A stretch of DNA of 64,000 nt from Acidimicrobiales bacterium (GCA_040002995.1 JBDUDK010000075.1:24160-88159); one strand, 5' to 3'. Shown: positions 1-9,968, numbered from the stretch's first letter. Numbers and translations: made by a program. The notes: generated by a model not told the origin, from the letters alone.

Positions 1-1262
1 CCCACTACCAGCGGGCCACGTCGCTGCGTTTGACCCGGCGGCGGGGGCGTCAACGTGAATACTTCGACGCGGTCGCGGCCACGTGACTTCGCGCGGTACA
101 TGGCGTCGTCGGCGCGCCGCAAGAGGTCGTGGGCGCTGAGCCCTTCCCCGCCTGACCACGCGATTCCGATGGAGACCCCCACCGCGGTGACCGCGTCGTA
201 GAGAGCAAGCGGCTCGGCGATCGCGATCCGCACGCGTTCGGCAACTTGGATCGCTGCATCGATGTCGGCCAGGTCGACACATACGACGCAGAACTCGTCG
301 CCGCCGAAGCGAGCAAGGATGTCGGTGGGGCGTACGGCCGCTTTGATCCGCTGAGCGACCACGTTCAACGCCTCATCACCGGTGTGGTGGCCGAAACGGT
401 CGTTGATTTCCTTGAAACCGTCGAGATCACAGAACAGCACGGCTACACCGATGCCGCCCGTGTCGGAGCGTGCCGTGAGCGAGCTGCTCAAACGGTCGAG
501 CAGAGCCGTCCGGTTGGGGAGGCCGGTGAGGGGGTCGTGGAGGGCGCGATGAAACAGTGCCTCTTGGGCCTGGCGACGCTCGTGCACGTCGCGCGCGTGG
601 ACCACGAGCCCACCGACGAGCGGATCGTGGTGCAAGTTCACCGCCGTCGCTTCGAGCCATCGGAACGTGCCCGCCGCGTTGCGGCAACGGAGCTCCACAC
701 GCCGCACGCCACCGGGCACCGCCTCAGCCTCGGCGACGGCGTCGTGCCAAAGCGTGAGATCGTCGGGGTGAACGAACGCCGACGCCGGCAGATTGCCGAA
801 CTCCTCCGGTTGGTAACCGAGCATCGGCGTCACCGACGGACTCACGTAGATGCGGTTGTTGCTGAGGTCGGTGATGGTCGTGATGTCGGTGGCGGTCATC
901 GCAAGCGTGCGGTACAGATGCTCGCTTGCCGCGAAGGCCCGGTCGGCGAGCCGTTTCGAGCTGATGTCGCGAAGCGTCAGGATGACCCCCTCGACATCGG
1001 GGTCGTCGAGCTGGTTGCTGGCGAGCACCTCGAGATAACGCCATTCGCCGTCGGCATGAAGAATTCTGAGTGCGAGGGCGCGACCGACGTTGTTGCCGCC
1101 GAGCTCCTTGGCCAACTCGTCGAGCGTGCGGTCCACGTCGTCGGGATGCACAAGGTCGATCGCCGATGTGCCCACCAACTCAGCCGGGTCGTAGCCGAGA
1201 TGGGTGCTGATGCTCTCGCTGACCCAGCGGATGATCGTGTCGGGTTCGATGACGGCGATCAT
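1..1262 (-). CDS. PAS-PAS-GGDEF diguanylate cyclase (partial; C-terminus lies beyond the left window edge)
   Basis: Own translation of a minus-strand frame that the ORF track lacks because it has no in-window stop. It reads MIAVIEPDTIIRWVSES...LVHPDD and ...YVSPSVTPMLGYQPEE...FVHPDD (two PAS-like blocks). It then reads HDPLTGLPNRTALLD...LFCDLDGFKEINDRFGHHTGDEALN...RFGGDEFCVV...RRADDAMYRAKSRGRDRVEVF, a canonical GGDEF domain. ATG is at 1262; the frame stays open upstream to a possible GTG at 1328. Confidence 0.8.
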   Translation of the reverse strand, partial: MIAVIEPDTIIRWVSESISTHLGYDPAELVGTSAIDLVHPDDVDRTLDELAKELGGNNVGRALALRILHADGEWRYLEVLASNQLDDPDVEGVILTLRDISSKRLADRAFAASEHLYRTLAMTATDITTITDLSNNRIYVSPSVTPMLGYQPEEFGNLPASAFVHPDDLTLWHDAVAEAEAVPGGVRRVELRCRNAAGTFRWLEATAVNLHHDPLVGGLVVHARDVHERRQAQEALFHRALHDPLTGLPNRTALLDRLSSSLTARSDTGGIGVAVLFCDLDGFKEINDRFGHHTGDEALNVVAQRIKAAVRPTDILARFGGDEFCVVCVDLADIDAAIQVAERVRIAIAEPLALYDAVTAVGVSIGIAWSGGEGLSAHDLLRRADDAMYRAKSRGRDRVEVFTLTPPPPGQTQRRGPLVV

Positions 1263-1491
1263 GTCGAAGACGCGTAGCGCGACCGACTGGTAACGGGCGC
1301 CGACATCGTCGAGCGGGAGCCGGTTCACAGTGTCGCCACGGCACAAACAAGGGAACGCGACTGCGCGACGGCTGGCCCCAACTCCCTCATGCTCGGGACT
1401 GTACGCCTCGACCAGTCGCGTTTGATAGAGCGCAAATGGTCAGGTTCGAGTCAAGGGACCGGCAAGACAGCGGGACCAGAGTCCCACCAGT

Positions 1492-2544
1492 TCAGGCGCT
1501 GTCTACGAGGTCGCGGAGCGTCTCGATTGTGCGCACTGCGTCGCCCCCGACGGGGTTGACAGACAGCACGGTGACGCCGGCCTCCCTGAACGCGGCCACG
1601 CGCTCCGCGATGTAGCTCTTGGGACCGATGAGGTTCGTCTTTTCGAGCCAGTCGGCGGGCACTTTGGCCGCGGCCTCTTCCTTCTTGCCGTCGAGGTAGA
1701 GGTTCTGGATTTCTTCTGCCTCGGCCTCGTAGCCGTAGCGGCGGGCGAGGTCGTTATAGAAGTTTTTGCCTCGTGCGCCCATGCCGCCCACGTAGAGCGC
1801 GACACCCGGCCGGCTCTTGTCACGTATCCGGGTCGCCTCCTCCCCCACCAGGTCGTCGCCGATGGCGACGGTGCCGCCCGCGGCAATCTCGAGCGGCCTC
1901 AGGTCGCTCGACCGCTTGGCGAGGCCCGCCTTGAGCTGGTCGCCCCAGACGCGACTGGACCGCTCGGGGATGAACATGATCGGAAGCCAGCCGTCGGCGT
2001 ATTGGGCCGTTGTCTCGACGCTCTTGCCCATGAGCGATGCCCACCAGATCGGGATGTCGGCGCGCACTGGGTGGTTGATCAGCTTCAGCGGCTTGCCGAG
2101 CCCGGTGCCCTCCTCGGGCGGGAGCGGGATCTTGACCGCGTCACCGTCATAAACCAGGACCTCTCGCTTCCAGACCTTCCGGCAGACCTCGATGTACTCC
2201 TTGATGCGGGTCATCGGCTTGAGGTACGCCACGCCGTGGAAGCCCTCGACCACCTGAGGACCCGACGCCCCCAGGCCGCAGATCGCGCGCCCGTCGCTCA
2301 CGTAGTCGAGACCGGCGAACGTCATCGCGACAAGGGCGGCCGTGCGTGAGTAGACGTTCACGATGCCCGACCCGATCTCGATGCGGTCGGTCACGCCGGC
2401 CAGGTAACCCATCTGACTGATCGCGTCGAAGCTGTAGGCCTCCGCGACCCACACGATGTCGAGGCCGACCTTCTCGAGCTCGACCACTTGTTTGGCCGTC
2501 TCCTTAAAGTCTCCGACGTAGTTGATACCCATGCTCAGCCGCAT
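1492..2544 (-). CDS. LLM-class (luciferase-like) F420/flavin-dependent oxidoreductase
   Basis: 350-aa ORF. Sequence MRLSMGINYVG...LDIVWVAEAYSFDA...GLGASGPQVVEGFHG fits the pattern of actinobacterial LLM TIM-barrel oxidoreductases. Confidence 0.75.
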   Translation of the reverse strand: MRLSMGINYVGDFKETAKQVVELEKVGLDIVWVAEAYSFDAISQMGYLAGVTDRIEIGSGIVNVYSRTAALVAMTFAGLDYVSDGRAICGLGASGPQVVEGFHGVAYLKPMTRIKEYIEVCRKVWKREVLVYDGDAVKIPLPPEEGTGLGKPLKLINHPVRADIPIWWASLMGKSVETTAQYADGWLPIMFIPERSSRVWGDQLKAGLAKRSSDLRPLEIAAGGTVAIGDDLVGEEATRIRDKSRPGVALYVGGMGARGKNFYNDLARRYGYEAEAEEIQNLYLDGKKEEAAAKVPADWLEKTNLIGPKSYIAERVAAFREAGVTVLSVNPVGGDAVRTIETLRDLVDSA

Positions 2545-2571
2545 GGCCCCCCCTTTGCGATCGACAGACGG

Positions 2572-3723
2572 TCAGATACTTGCGTACACGGCCTCGAGGA
2601 TCGCCAGCTTGCGCGGGTCACCGTTCAAGACGCCACCCATGCGGTTCATCACCCAGGCCACGGCCAGACCATTCTCGGGGTCGGCCATGGCGAACGATCC
2701 GCCCCAGCCGTCGTGGCCGAACGAACGGGGATTCGGGCCGTACGCGCCGAGCTCGCCGCCGACGACGTAGCCCAGGCCCCACGACACGGGCAGCATCAGG
2801 ACGAGGTCGGGGTTCGTCACCTGGATTTCGCGCATGCGCTCGACGGCTTCGGCTGACACGAGACGGACGCCATCGATCTCGCCGCCCGCGGCGAGCGCCG
2901 CGTAGACGCGGGCGAGTCCTCGCGCCGTGGCCTGTCCGTTCGCCGCGGGGATCTCGGCCGCGCGCCATCCGGTGAGGTTGGCGTCCCTTGGCGACAGCAT
3001 CGGGTTCGTGAGCGCGGCCAGAGCGGCCGGCGTGGCGTTCGCGAACATCTGGGCCATGTCGGCCGCCATCTGCGCGCTCATGACGACCTCGGTGAGATCC
3101 GCGCAGCGATCGTGGTCGATGACCGGAAGCCCGATGTAGATGTCGGCCCCGAGTGGAGCCGCGACCTCCTTCGAGAAGAACGCGCCAAGCGAGACGCCAG
3201 TGATGCGGCGCACGATCTCACCCACGAGGTAACCAAAAGTGATGGCCTGGTAGCCCGACTGGGTGCCCGGCTCCCAGATCGGCGCCTGCGCAGCGAGCAG
3301 GCCACAGATCTTGTCCCAGTCCTCGTAGTCGGTGGCGACCGTGGGAGTCGTGAGGCCCGAGAGCCCCGTACGGTGCGAGAGCACCCAGCGCACGAGCACG
3401 TCCTGCTTGCCCGCGGCCGCGAACTCCGGCCAGTACCGCGCGACGGGCGCATCGAGGTCGAGTTCGCCTCGGTCGACCAAGATGTGCGCGCACAGGCTGG
3501 TCATGCCCTTGGTGGTCGACCACACGTTGACGAGGGTGTCGTGTTGCCAAGGCCGGCCCGACTCATCGGCGGCCCCGCCCCAAAGGTCGACCACCGGACG
3601 ACCGTTGTGCGTCACCGCTACCGCCGCCCCGACGTCGCTTCTCTCAGAGTAGTTGTCCACGAACGCGGCGCGGACTTTGGCGAAACGATCGTCACAGGTG
3701 CCGTCGATCTCGGTCATAGCCAC
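2572..3723 (-). CDS. Serine hydrolase, beta-lactamase/esterase (class C-like) family
   Basis: 383 aa with the S-x-x-K nucleophile motif in VWSTTKGMTS. Clear paralogue of the CDS at 13049..14203 (shared RPVVDLWGG, LDLDAPV.RYWP.F). Confidence 0.8.
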   Translation of the reverse strand: MAMTEIDGTCDDRFAKVRAAFVDNYSERSDVGAAVAVTHNGRPVVDLWGGAADESGRPWQHDTLVNVWSTTKGMTSLCAHILVDRGELDLDAPVARYWPEFAAAGKQDVLVRWVLSHRTGLSGLTTPTVATDYEDWDKICGLLAAQAPIWEPGTQSGYQAITFGYLVGEIVRRITGVSLGAFFSKEVAAPLGADIYIGLPVIDHDRCADLTEVVMSAQMAADMAQMFANATPAALAALTNPMLSPRDANLTGWRAAEIPAANGQATARGLARVYAALAAGGEIDGVRLVSAEAVERMREIQVTNPDLVLMLPVSWGLGYVVGGELGAYGPNPRSFGHDGWGGSFAMADPENGLAVAWVMNRMGGVLNGDPRKLAILEAVYASI

Positions 3724-3735
3724 GAGAGTACGCGC

Positions 3736-4602
3736 TCAGGTAGTTCCCGACTTCGTAGGTAGACCCGCCGGCAGTGAAGGAGGCAGATCACGCAGCATGC
3801 GGTCGACGCGATCGGTGGTCTGGCCGTGCTGAAGCTCGGGGTGGGTGAATATGTAGAAGCGGTCGTCCCGGATCGCACAGAAGACCTTGTCGGCCACCTC
3901 CGCCGGATCCATGCCGCCGGTGAGCAATCGCTTCACGTCCTGGATCATCCGCTCGAGGTCGGTCGTCGGCTCGGGCTCGGGTACCGCTCCACCGGGGCGG
4001 TGCTCGGCGCTCCGGTTGATGTTGGTGTTGATCGGACCCGGTATCAGCACCGACGCGCTCACCTTGGCCTCTTGGTCGTGCAGTTCGAGATAGAGCGCTT
4101 CAGTGAGGGCGAGCACTCCGTGCTTGGCCAGCCCGTAGGGCGCCGAGTACGGGCAGGGGAACAGCGCTGCCGTCGACGACGTGTTGACCACGTGGCCCTC
4201 CTCGCCCCCGGCCAGCATCCGAGGAATGAAGGTGCGGATCCCGTGTACGACCGACCAGAGGTCGACGCCGAGCACCCATTCCCAGTCGGCTTCCGACAGA
4301 GCCCAGCTCCGTCCCTCCATCGAGACGCCGGCGTTGTTGCAGAGGACGTTGACGATTCCGAAGCGGTCGTAGGCGGCGTCGGCGAGCCGCTCGATCTCGG
4401 AGAGCTGGCTCACGTCGGTGGGCATCGCGAGCACCTGAGCCCCCGTCATCGCGAGCTGCTGGGCGGCGGCCGTCAGCTGCTCGGCCTCGATGTCGGCAAG
4501 TACCACCTTCATGCCCTCGGCTGCGAAGCGAGCGGCCATGGCCAGTCCCATCCCGCTCGCAGCGCCGGTGACGACGGCAACGCGATCCTGAAAGACCTTC
4601 AT
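3736..4602 (-). CDS. Short-chain dehydrogenase/reductase (SDR)
   Basis: 288 aa. Rossmann motif VVTGAASGMGLA and catalytic Y-x3-K (YGLAKHG). Confidence 0.85.
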   Translation of the reverse strand: MKVFQDRVAVVTGAASGMGLAMAARFAAEGMKVVLADIEAEQLTAAAQQLAMTGAQVLAMPTDVSQLSEIERLADAAYDRFGIVNVLCNNAGVSMEGRSWALSEADWEWVLGVDLWSVVHGIRTFIPRMLAGGEEGHVVNTSSTAALFPCPYSAPYGLAKHGVLALTEALYLELHDQEAKVSASVLIPGPINTNINRSAEHRPGGAVPEPEPTTDLERMIQDVKRLLTGGMDPAEVADKVFCAIRDDRFYIFTHPELQHGQTTDRVDRMLRDLPPSLPAGLPTKSGTT

Positions 4603-4604
4603 GG

Positions 4605-5114
4605 CTACGCCCGTTGCTTCAGCTGTTGGGGTTGGCTGTTGCGCAATCCCGGCATGTACTCGATGAACTCGAGCAGGTTGCCGTCGGGGTCACGGCAGAG
4701 CGAGACGGCTTTGATACCGAGAGTGTGGTGCTGCTCGTCGTCGCGAAGAACGATGAACTCGATGCCCTTCGACTGGAGGTCGTGGTACGCGGCGACCACG
4801 TTCTCGGTGAGCAGCGCGATGAGCGTTGGCACCCGTTCCTCGACCGGGGTGGTGGGTTCGGGCAGTGTTGGGTCGAGCCACTGGATGAGGTCGAGCCGCG
4901 TGTGTAGGTCGCCGGCATCGATCGCCATGAGCACGCCTCGCCCCGAGGCCACCCGCATGCCGAAGTTCTCGGCCACCATGTCGGGCCAGATCGCGTTGCG
5001 CCGATCGTGGATCATCTGAAATCCGACCTTCGTGTAGAACTCGATAGAGCGCTCGAGGTTGCGCACGGCGAGCGTGAAGTGCGACAGGCAGCGAATACTC
5101 CATTGCTCGGGCAT
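4605..5114 (-). CDS. VOC (glyoxalase/bleomycin-resistance/dioxygenase) family protein
   Basis: 169 aa. LSHFTLAVRNLERSIEFY...DPDGNLLEF is the typical VOC-fold signature. Confidence 0.7.
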   Translation of the reverse strand: MPEQWSIRCLSHFTLAVRNLERSIEFYTKVGFQMIHDRRNAIWPDMVAENFGMRVASGRGVLMAIDAGDLHTRLDLIQWLDPTLPEPTTPVEERVPTLIALLTENVVAAYHDLQSKGIEFIVLRDDEQHHTLGIKAVSLCRDPDGNLLEFIEYMPGLRNSQPQQLKQRA

Positions 5115-5137
5115 GAGATCTCCTTTTTGTTGACCGC

Positions 5138-5866
5138 CTAGCCGGCGGTTGGTTGTTTCTCCGTCGTGTCCGTGAGATAGGCGGCGCGGATCTCGTGCAG
5201 ATGCGCGCGCATGTAGTCGGCGTCGCCCTGAATGACCACTTGACCGCGCCGTAAGACATACGCGCGGTTCGCGATGCGAAGGACGTTGTGGATGCCCTGC
5301 TCGACCACGATGACCCCGGTGCCGTCGGCCGCCGCTGATTCGAGCAAGCCCATCATGCGCTTCACCACGACGGGTGCGAGTCCGAGCGAGAGTTCGTCGA
5401 CGAGGAGAACGCGTGGCTTTGCGGCGAGGGCGCGCGCCAGCACCAAGATCTGCTGCTCGCCACCTGACAGCAGTCCGGCGCGAACGTTGAGACGGTTGGC
5501 GAGCTCGGGCGCGTAGGTGAGTGCCTCCTCCACCGGGCCTAATCCCAGCTTGAGGTTGGCCTCCGCCGTGATCCTGCGGAAAATCGACCGCTGCTCAGGG
5601 ACGAGCGCCAAGCCCCGCCGCGCCCGGCGGTGCAGGGGCGCCTTCGTCTTCTCCCCGAACAGTTCGATGTGTCCCTTCATCGGCGCAAGGACTCCGGCCA
5701 GTCCGAGCAGCGTCGTGGTCTTACCGACGCCGTTGGCGCCGAGGAGGCCGACGATTTCGCCCGACCGCACCTCGAGGTCGAGGTCGACGACCGCGGGCAC
5801 CTGGCCGTAGCCGACCGTGAGGCCGCGCGACTGGAGGACGACGTCAGCCGGAGCCATCGACCGCAT
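5138..5866 (-). CDS. Branched-chain-amino-acid-type ABC transporter ATP-binding protein (LivF-like)
   Basis: 242 aa. Walker A GANGVGKTT, signature LSGGEQQ, Walker B LLLVDE. The start overlaps the 3' end of the upstream fused gene. Confidence 0.85.
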   Translation of the reverse strand: MRSMAPADVVLQSRGLTVGYGQVPAVVDLDLEVRSGEIVGLLGANGVGKTTTLLGLAGVLAPMKGHIELFGEKTKAPLHRRARRGLALVPEQRSIFRRITAEANLKLGLGPVEEALTYAPELANRLNVRAGLLSGGEQQILVLARALAAKPRVLLVDELSLGLAPVVVKRMMGLLESAAADGTGVIVVEQGIHNVLRIANRAYVLRRGQVVIQGDADYMRAHLHEIRAAYLTDTTEKQPTAG

Positions 5867-8525
5867 CTTCCAACTCGTCGCCGAGATACGAGGCGACCAC
5901 CTCTGGGTGGTGCAGGACCACGGAAGGCGGACCGGTCACGATCGGCCGCCCGTAGTTGATGACCGTGATTTCATCGCTGACCGCGGCGACCAGACCGACG
6001 TCGTGCTCGACGAGGAGGATGCCGACGCCCCGTTCGTGCGCGATGCCCCGGAGGCGTTCACCGACGGCGGCCGTGTCGGTGTCGGAAAGTCCGGCGGCGG
6101 GTTCGTCGAGCAGGCAGATCACCGGGTTAGCCGCGAGCGCCCTCGCGATCCCGACCAGCTTGCGGTCTCCGTAAGAGATCTCGGTGGGGAGCCGGTCGAG
6201 GACCCCGTCGAGGCCGAGATCGGACACCATTGCTCCCACCAGACCGGGCAGGCGCGACTCCGGCCGCGGGACCAAGTCACGTAGCCACGCGTGCCACGGC
6301 ATCGGTTCACACGCGATGAGGATGTTCTCGCGCACGGTCATGTCGTCGAACAACTCGACGGACTGGAACGAGCGACCGACGCCCGCGCGACTCCTCCGGT
6401 GCGCGGCCATGCCGGTGAGGCGCTGGTCGCCCAACCAGACCTCGCCCGTGGCCGCGGGCAGGAATCCGCTCACCGCGTCGATGAGCGTGGTCTTGCCGGC
6501 GCCGTTCGGTCCGATGAGGCCGTGGATCGTTCCCGGTCGCACCGTGAGCGTCAGACCGTCGACCGCCTTCACCGCGCCAAACCTCACACTCAGGTTGGTC
6601 ACCACCAACTCCGACGGCGGTCGAGCCGGGCTCGTCCACTTCTCCTCGCGCGCCCGCAGCCTGGGTATCGGGACGGGGAGGCGGCGCAGGGCCGTGGCGA
6701 TCGGTCGGTAGGTGGCGGCGATGCCCTGCGGGTAGCCGATCAAGATGAGGATGACCACTGGTCCCGAGATGGCGATGAGGATCTCGGCGAGGTTGTCGAC
6801 TTTCGCGATGAGGAAACCGAACACGCCGCTCGGCACCATCATGCCGCCGACGAGCGCGCCGGCGACGTAGCCGACCCCGCCGATCACGCTGAACGCGACG
6901 ACGTTCAGCGATTGGCCGATGCTGTACTGCTGGTAGACGACGATGCGGAACCGAAAGGCCATCAGGATGCCGCCGACCGCGGCGATGGATCCGGCCAACC
7001 CGAATGCGTAGAGCTTCACGCCGGTGATGCTCACGCCAACGGCGGCCGCCGCGCGTTCGTTGCTGCGCACGGCCAGCAGGCGCCGACCGATACGACTGGC
7101 ACGCGCGCAGGCCACGGCCATACCCACGATGCCGAAGATCACCACCGCGAACGCCGCGTAGCGCTGGGGATACTTGCTGGGATCGAGGTTGATACCGGCG
7201 ACGGAAGGGGCGTGGACGCTGGTGCCCGCGAAGCCACCGACCGCCTTCGGGTTCGAGAACACCATCGACTGCACCACCAGCGCGAGGCCGAGGGTGGCCA
7301 CCGCGAGGGTGGGGCCGCGCGTGCGGAGCGCGGGCAGTCCGAAAACAAGGGCGCCAACAGTGCCCACCGCGATACCGACGATGGCGACGGCGACGAACGG
7401 CCATCCCCAGTCGTGACTGAGTCGAGCCGCGATGAAGCCGGCGATGCCGGCGATGGCGAACTGACCGAGGGAGATCTGGCCGGCGAGACCGGTCAGCACG
7501 ACGAGCGACAGTGCCACCGTGGCGAAGAGCACTGTGGTGGTGAGGTTGACGGCGACGTCGTTCGGCAGCCGGCCGGCGACGACCGCCGCCACCGCCACCA
7601 GAACCAGAACACCAACGCCGGGGCGGTTCCGGCCGACTCGCGGAAGTCGCGCCGCGCGCTCGTCGCGAGTGGGGATCACCCCTCCTCGGACGGCGGCGAC
7701 GAGGATGATCACGACGAATGGAAAGGCCGAGGCCGCACCGACGATGTGGACGTACTTGTTGAGAAGGCTCTGGCCGATTCCAATCACCAGCGATCCCGCC
7801 GCCACACCCAGAAACGACGAGAAGCCGCCGAGCATGGCTCCGGCCAGCGCGGGCACGACCAGCAGCGTGAGCGTCTGCGCGTCGAGGCCGGTGATCGGCA
7901 CGATGAGTACGCCCGCCAACCCGGCCAGCGCCGAGCCGATCACCCAGTTGGCCGTCGACACGGCTTCTGGAGAGTGACCGAGGGTCTGTACGCCGAGTTG
8001 GTTCTCGGCACTCGCGAGCGTGAGCGCGCCGAATGTCGAACGGCGCGTCAACAGCGTGAGCGCGACCGCGATGGCGATCCCGATCGCGAGGATCGTGAGC
8101 CGGTCGTGGCCGACACCGACCGTCCCCGTCATCTTGAACGTCCCCCCCGGCAAGAAGTTGCGCACGATGCGGAGGTTGGTTCCGAAGATCACGATCATGA
8201 CCTGTTGGAACAACGCCAGGATGCCGAGCGTGGCGATGATCTTGACGACGGGGGGGCGGTCGCGCAGCGGGCGCATGACCGCCTGGGCGATGATCGCGCC
8301 CACCGCCGCGCTCATGACGACGCTCGTCACGACCGCCGCGGTGAGCGGCCAGGTCTTGTCCTGCCAGAGCCACACGAAGACCTCGGCGGCCACGAGGGCC
8401 TGCGCGCCATAGGCGAAGTTCAGGACGCCGGAGCCGCGGTAGATGAGGACGAGGCCCTGCCCGGCGAGGGCGTAGATCCCTGCCGGGCCGAGGCCTAAAA
8501 GTACGAACTGGAGGAAGATCGCCAA
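5844..8525 (-). CDS. Fused LivH-like permease / LivM-like permease / LivG-like ATPase (single 893-aa polypeptide)
   Basis: One uninterrupted 893-aa ORF. The N-terminal ~290 aa are hydrophobic and LivH-like (MAIFLQFVLLGLG...). A second ~330-aa polytopic LivM-like block follows. The C-terminal ~250 aa form an ABC ATPase (GLIGPNGAGKTT, ISYGDRKLVGIARAL, LLDEPAAGL). Confidence 0.8.
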   Translation of the reverse strand: MAIFLQFVLLGLGPAGIYALAGQGLVLIYRGSGVLNFAYGAQALVAAEVFVWLWQDKTWPLTAAVVTSVVMSAAVGAIIAQAVMRPLRDRPPVVKIIATLGILALFQQVMIVIFGTNLRIVRNFLPGGTFKMTGTVGVGHDRLTILAIGIAIAVALTLLTRRSTFGALTLASAENQLGVQTLGHSPEAVSTANWVIGSALAGLAGVLIVPITGLDAQTLTLLVVPALAGAMLGGFSSFLGVAAGSLVIGIGQSLLNKYVHIVGAASAFPFVVIILVAAVRGGVIPTRDERAARLPRVGRNRPGVGVLVLVAVAAVVAGRLPNDVAVNLTTTVLFATVALSLVVLTGLAGQISLGQFAIAGIAGFIAARLSHDWGWPFVAVAIVGIAVGTVGALVFGLPALRTRGPTLAVATLGLALVVQSMVFSNPKAVGGFAGTSVHAPSVAGINLDPSKYPQRYAAFAVVIFGIVGMAVACARASRIGRRLLAVRSNERAAAAVGVSITGVKLYAFGLAGSIAAVGGILMAFRFRIVVYQQYSIGQSLNVVAFSVIGGVGYVAGALVGGMMVPSGVFGFLIAKVDNLAEILIAISGPVVILILIGYPQGIAATYRPIATALRRLPVPIPRLRAREEKWTSPARPPSELVVTNLSVRFGAVKAVDGLTLTVRPGTIHGLIGPNGAGKTTLIDAVSGFLPAATGEVWLGDQRLTGMAAHRRSRAGVGRSFQSVELFDDMTVRENILIACEPMPWHAWLRDLVPRPESRLPGLVGAMVSDLGLDGVLDRLPTEISYGDRKLVGIARALAANPVICLLDEPAAGLSDTDTAAVGERLRGIAHERGVGILLVEHDVGLVAAVSDEITVINYGRPIVTGPPSVVLHHPEVVASYLGDELEDAVDGSG

Positions 8526-8562
8526 GTGGCGCCGCTCCTACCAGTGCCGGTGTGTGGCTCCC

Positions 8563-9897
8563 TTACTTCTTCTCGAACGGGTAGTACCACTGGAACGGCA
8601 AGATCGACTTGACCACGCCGCCCTCGACCTTGGCATAGGCCACGCTCCCGTTCGTGAAGCGCGGAACCGTGCCCTTGAGGAGGGTGCCGGGAACCGTGTA
8701 GTCGATGTCGGGCGTTAGGCCACCGGTGCTGTACTTCGTCATCTTGGTCAGGCTGTCGAGAATCGACTTCCTGTCGATCGTGGCAAGTCCCTTGGCCGCG
8801 GCGTCGAGCATCTGCAGCCCGACCCAGGCCTGCTTCGAGAAGTCGTCGCTGTCCTTGCCGTTTCCGTACTTCTTCAGGGCGTCGGTGAACGCCTTGATAC
8901 CGGGCTGGTCGATGTCGTCAAAGGCGAACAGACCGCTCACGAAAAGGCCCTCGGCGGCGTCGCCCATACTCGAGAGCACCGCGGGAGTGAACGCGTCGAT
9001 GTTGGTGGCGAACGCCACCTTCGAGCCCTGCTTGCGCGCCTCGGCCACCACCTTCGCCGCAGTCTGCGGATCGGTGAGGAGCACTGCGCCGTCGGTTCCG
9101 CCGCTGAGCAAATCGGCGGTCTGGGGCGCGACGTCGGCGGTACCGATGTCGATCGGCACCTTCTTGTTGATCGTCAGGCCGCGGCTGGCGAGCGCCTCCA
9201 CAACCGTGTCCACGGCGGCAAGGGCCGCCGGCACGTTGACGTAGATCGCCGATATCTTCTTCGCGTTGCCGACGTCGGCCAGTTCTGTGGCCATGCCCGC
9301 GCTCGACACCAGATATCCGGCATTCACCGGGAAGGCGATCTTGCTCTGACCGTCGGACGCGCTGTACGGCTGCGGGGCCACGCTCGCGAGTCCGGCCTTC
9401 TCCAGAACGCCGTTGACGACGTCGGAGAAGTTCGACACGTTGGCAACCGTCGCGATGACCGAGTTGTCGTTCACGGCATCGGTGGCGCACTGCGCCTCGA
9501 TATTCGGGTCGAACTGCGTGGGGCAGAAGTCGAAGGTCACCGGGCGGTTGCTGCCTCCGAGTCCGCCGTGGTCGTTGATGTAGTCGGCCGCCATCTTCAT
9601 GCCCGACCGCAGTGTCGGATACGTGAGGCTGGCCGCGGTGCTCTCATCGACGATGGAAACGATCTTCACCGGGTCGCCGGTGGCCTTACCGCTCGGCGCC
9701 GCGGTGGTCGCCGCGCTCGGCGCCGCGGTGGTCGCCGCCGCACTAGGTGCCGCAGTAGTCGCCGCCGCACTCGGTGCCGCGGTGCTCTGCGGGCTCGAGG
9801 TGGTTTTTGAACTGCCGCAGCTCGCCAGCGCGGCGATCAGCGCCCCAATGACGAAGAGCCCTGTACCTCTGCTCCGGTTTACGTGCGCACGCCGCAT
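8563..9897 (-). CDS. Liv/amide-type ABC substrate-binding lipoprotein
   Basis: 444 aa. Signal peptide plus lipobox (LIAALASCGSS). A low-complexity linker follows with reiterated AAPSAAATT units, then a type-I periplasmic-binding-fold body. First gene of the minus-strand ABC operon. Confidence 0.8.
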   Translation of the reverse strand: MRRAHVNRSRGTGLFVIGALIAALASCGSSKTTSSPQSTAAPSAAATTAAPSAAATTAAPSAATTAAPSGKATGDPVKIVSIVDESTAASLTYPTLRSGMKMAADYINDHGGLGGSNRPVTFDFCPTQFDPNIEAQCATDAVNDNSVIATVANVSNFSDVVNGVLEKAGLASVAPQPYSASDGQSKIAFPVNAGYLVSSAGMATELADVGNAKKISAIYVNVPAALAAVDTVVEALASRGLTINKKVPIDIGTADVAPQTADLLSGGTDGAVLLTDPQTAAKVVAEARKQGSKVAFATNIDAFTPAVLSSMGDAAEGLFVSGLFAFDDIDQPGIKAFTDALKKYGNGKDSDDFSKQAWVGLQMLDAAAKGLATIDRKSILDSLTKMTKYSTGGLTPDIDYTVPGTLLKGTVPRFTNGSVAYAKVEGGVVKSILPFQWYYPFEKK

Positions 9898-9968
9898 CAG
9901 TGTCCCCCTAGGTGTGTGTATGTCATCCGACGGCGGGCGTCACGTCCCCAAGCGCTGGCCCGTTTCGT

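Noticed and set aside
246-1277. 343-aa + strand ORF, the longest listed ORF at the left edge
   Set aside because: It is the antisense shadow of the PAS-GGDEF gene. The composition is dominated by V/D/E/R/A with no motif, whereas the minus strand gives canonical GGDEF and PAS sequences.
6291-8498. 735-aa (+) and 688-aa (-, 6307..8373) ORFs inside the LivHMG gene
   Set aside because: Their Arg/Asp/Gly/His-rich low-complexity translations are typical of off-frame and antisense reading of a GC-rich membrane-protein gene. The 893-aa frame has clear permease and ABC motifs.
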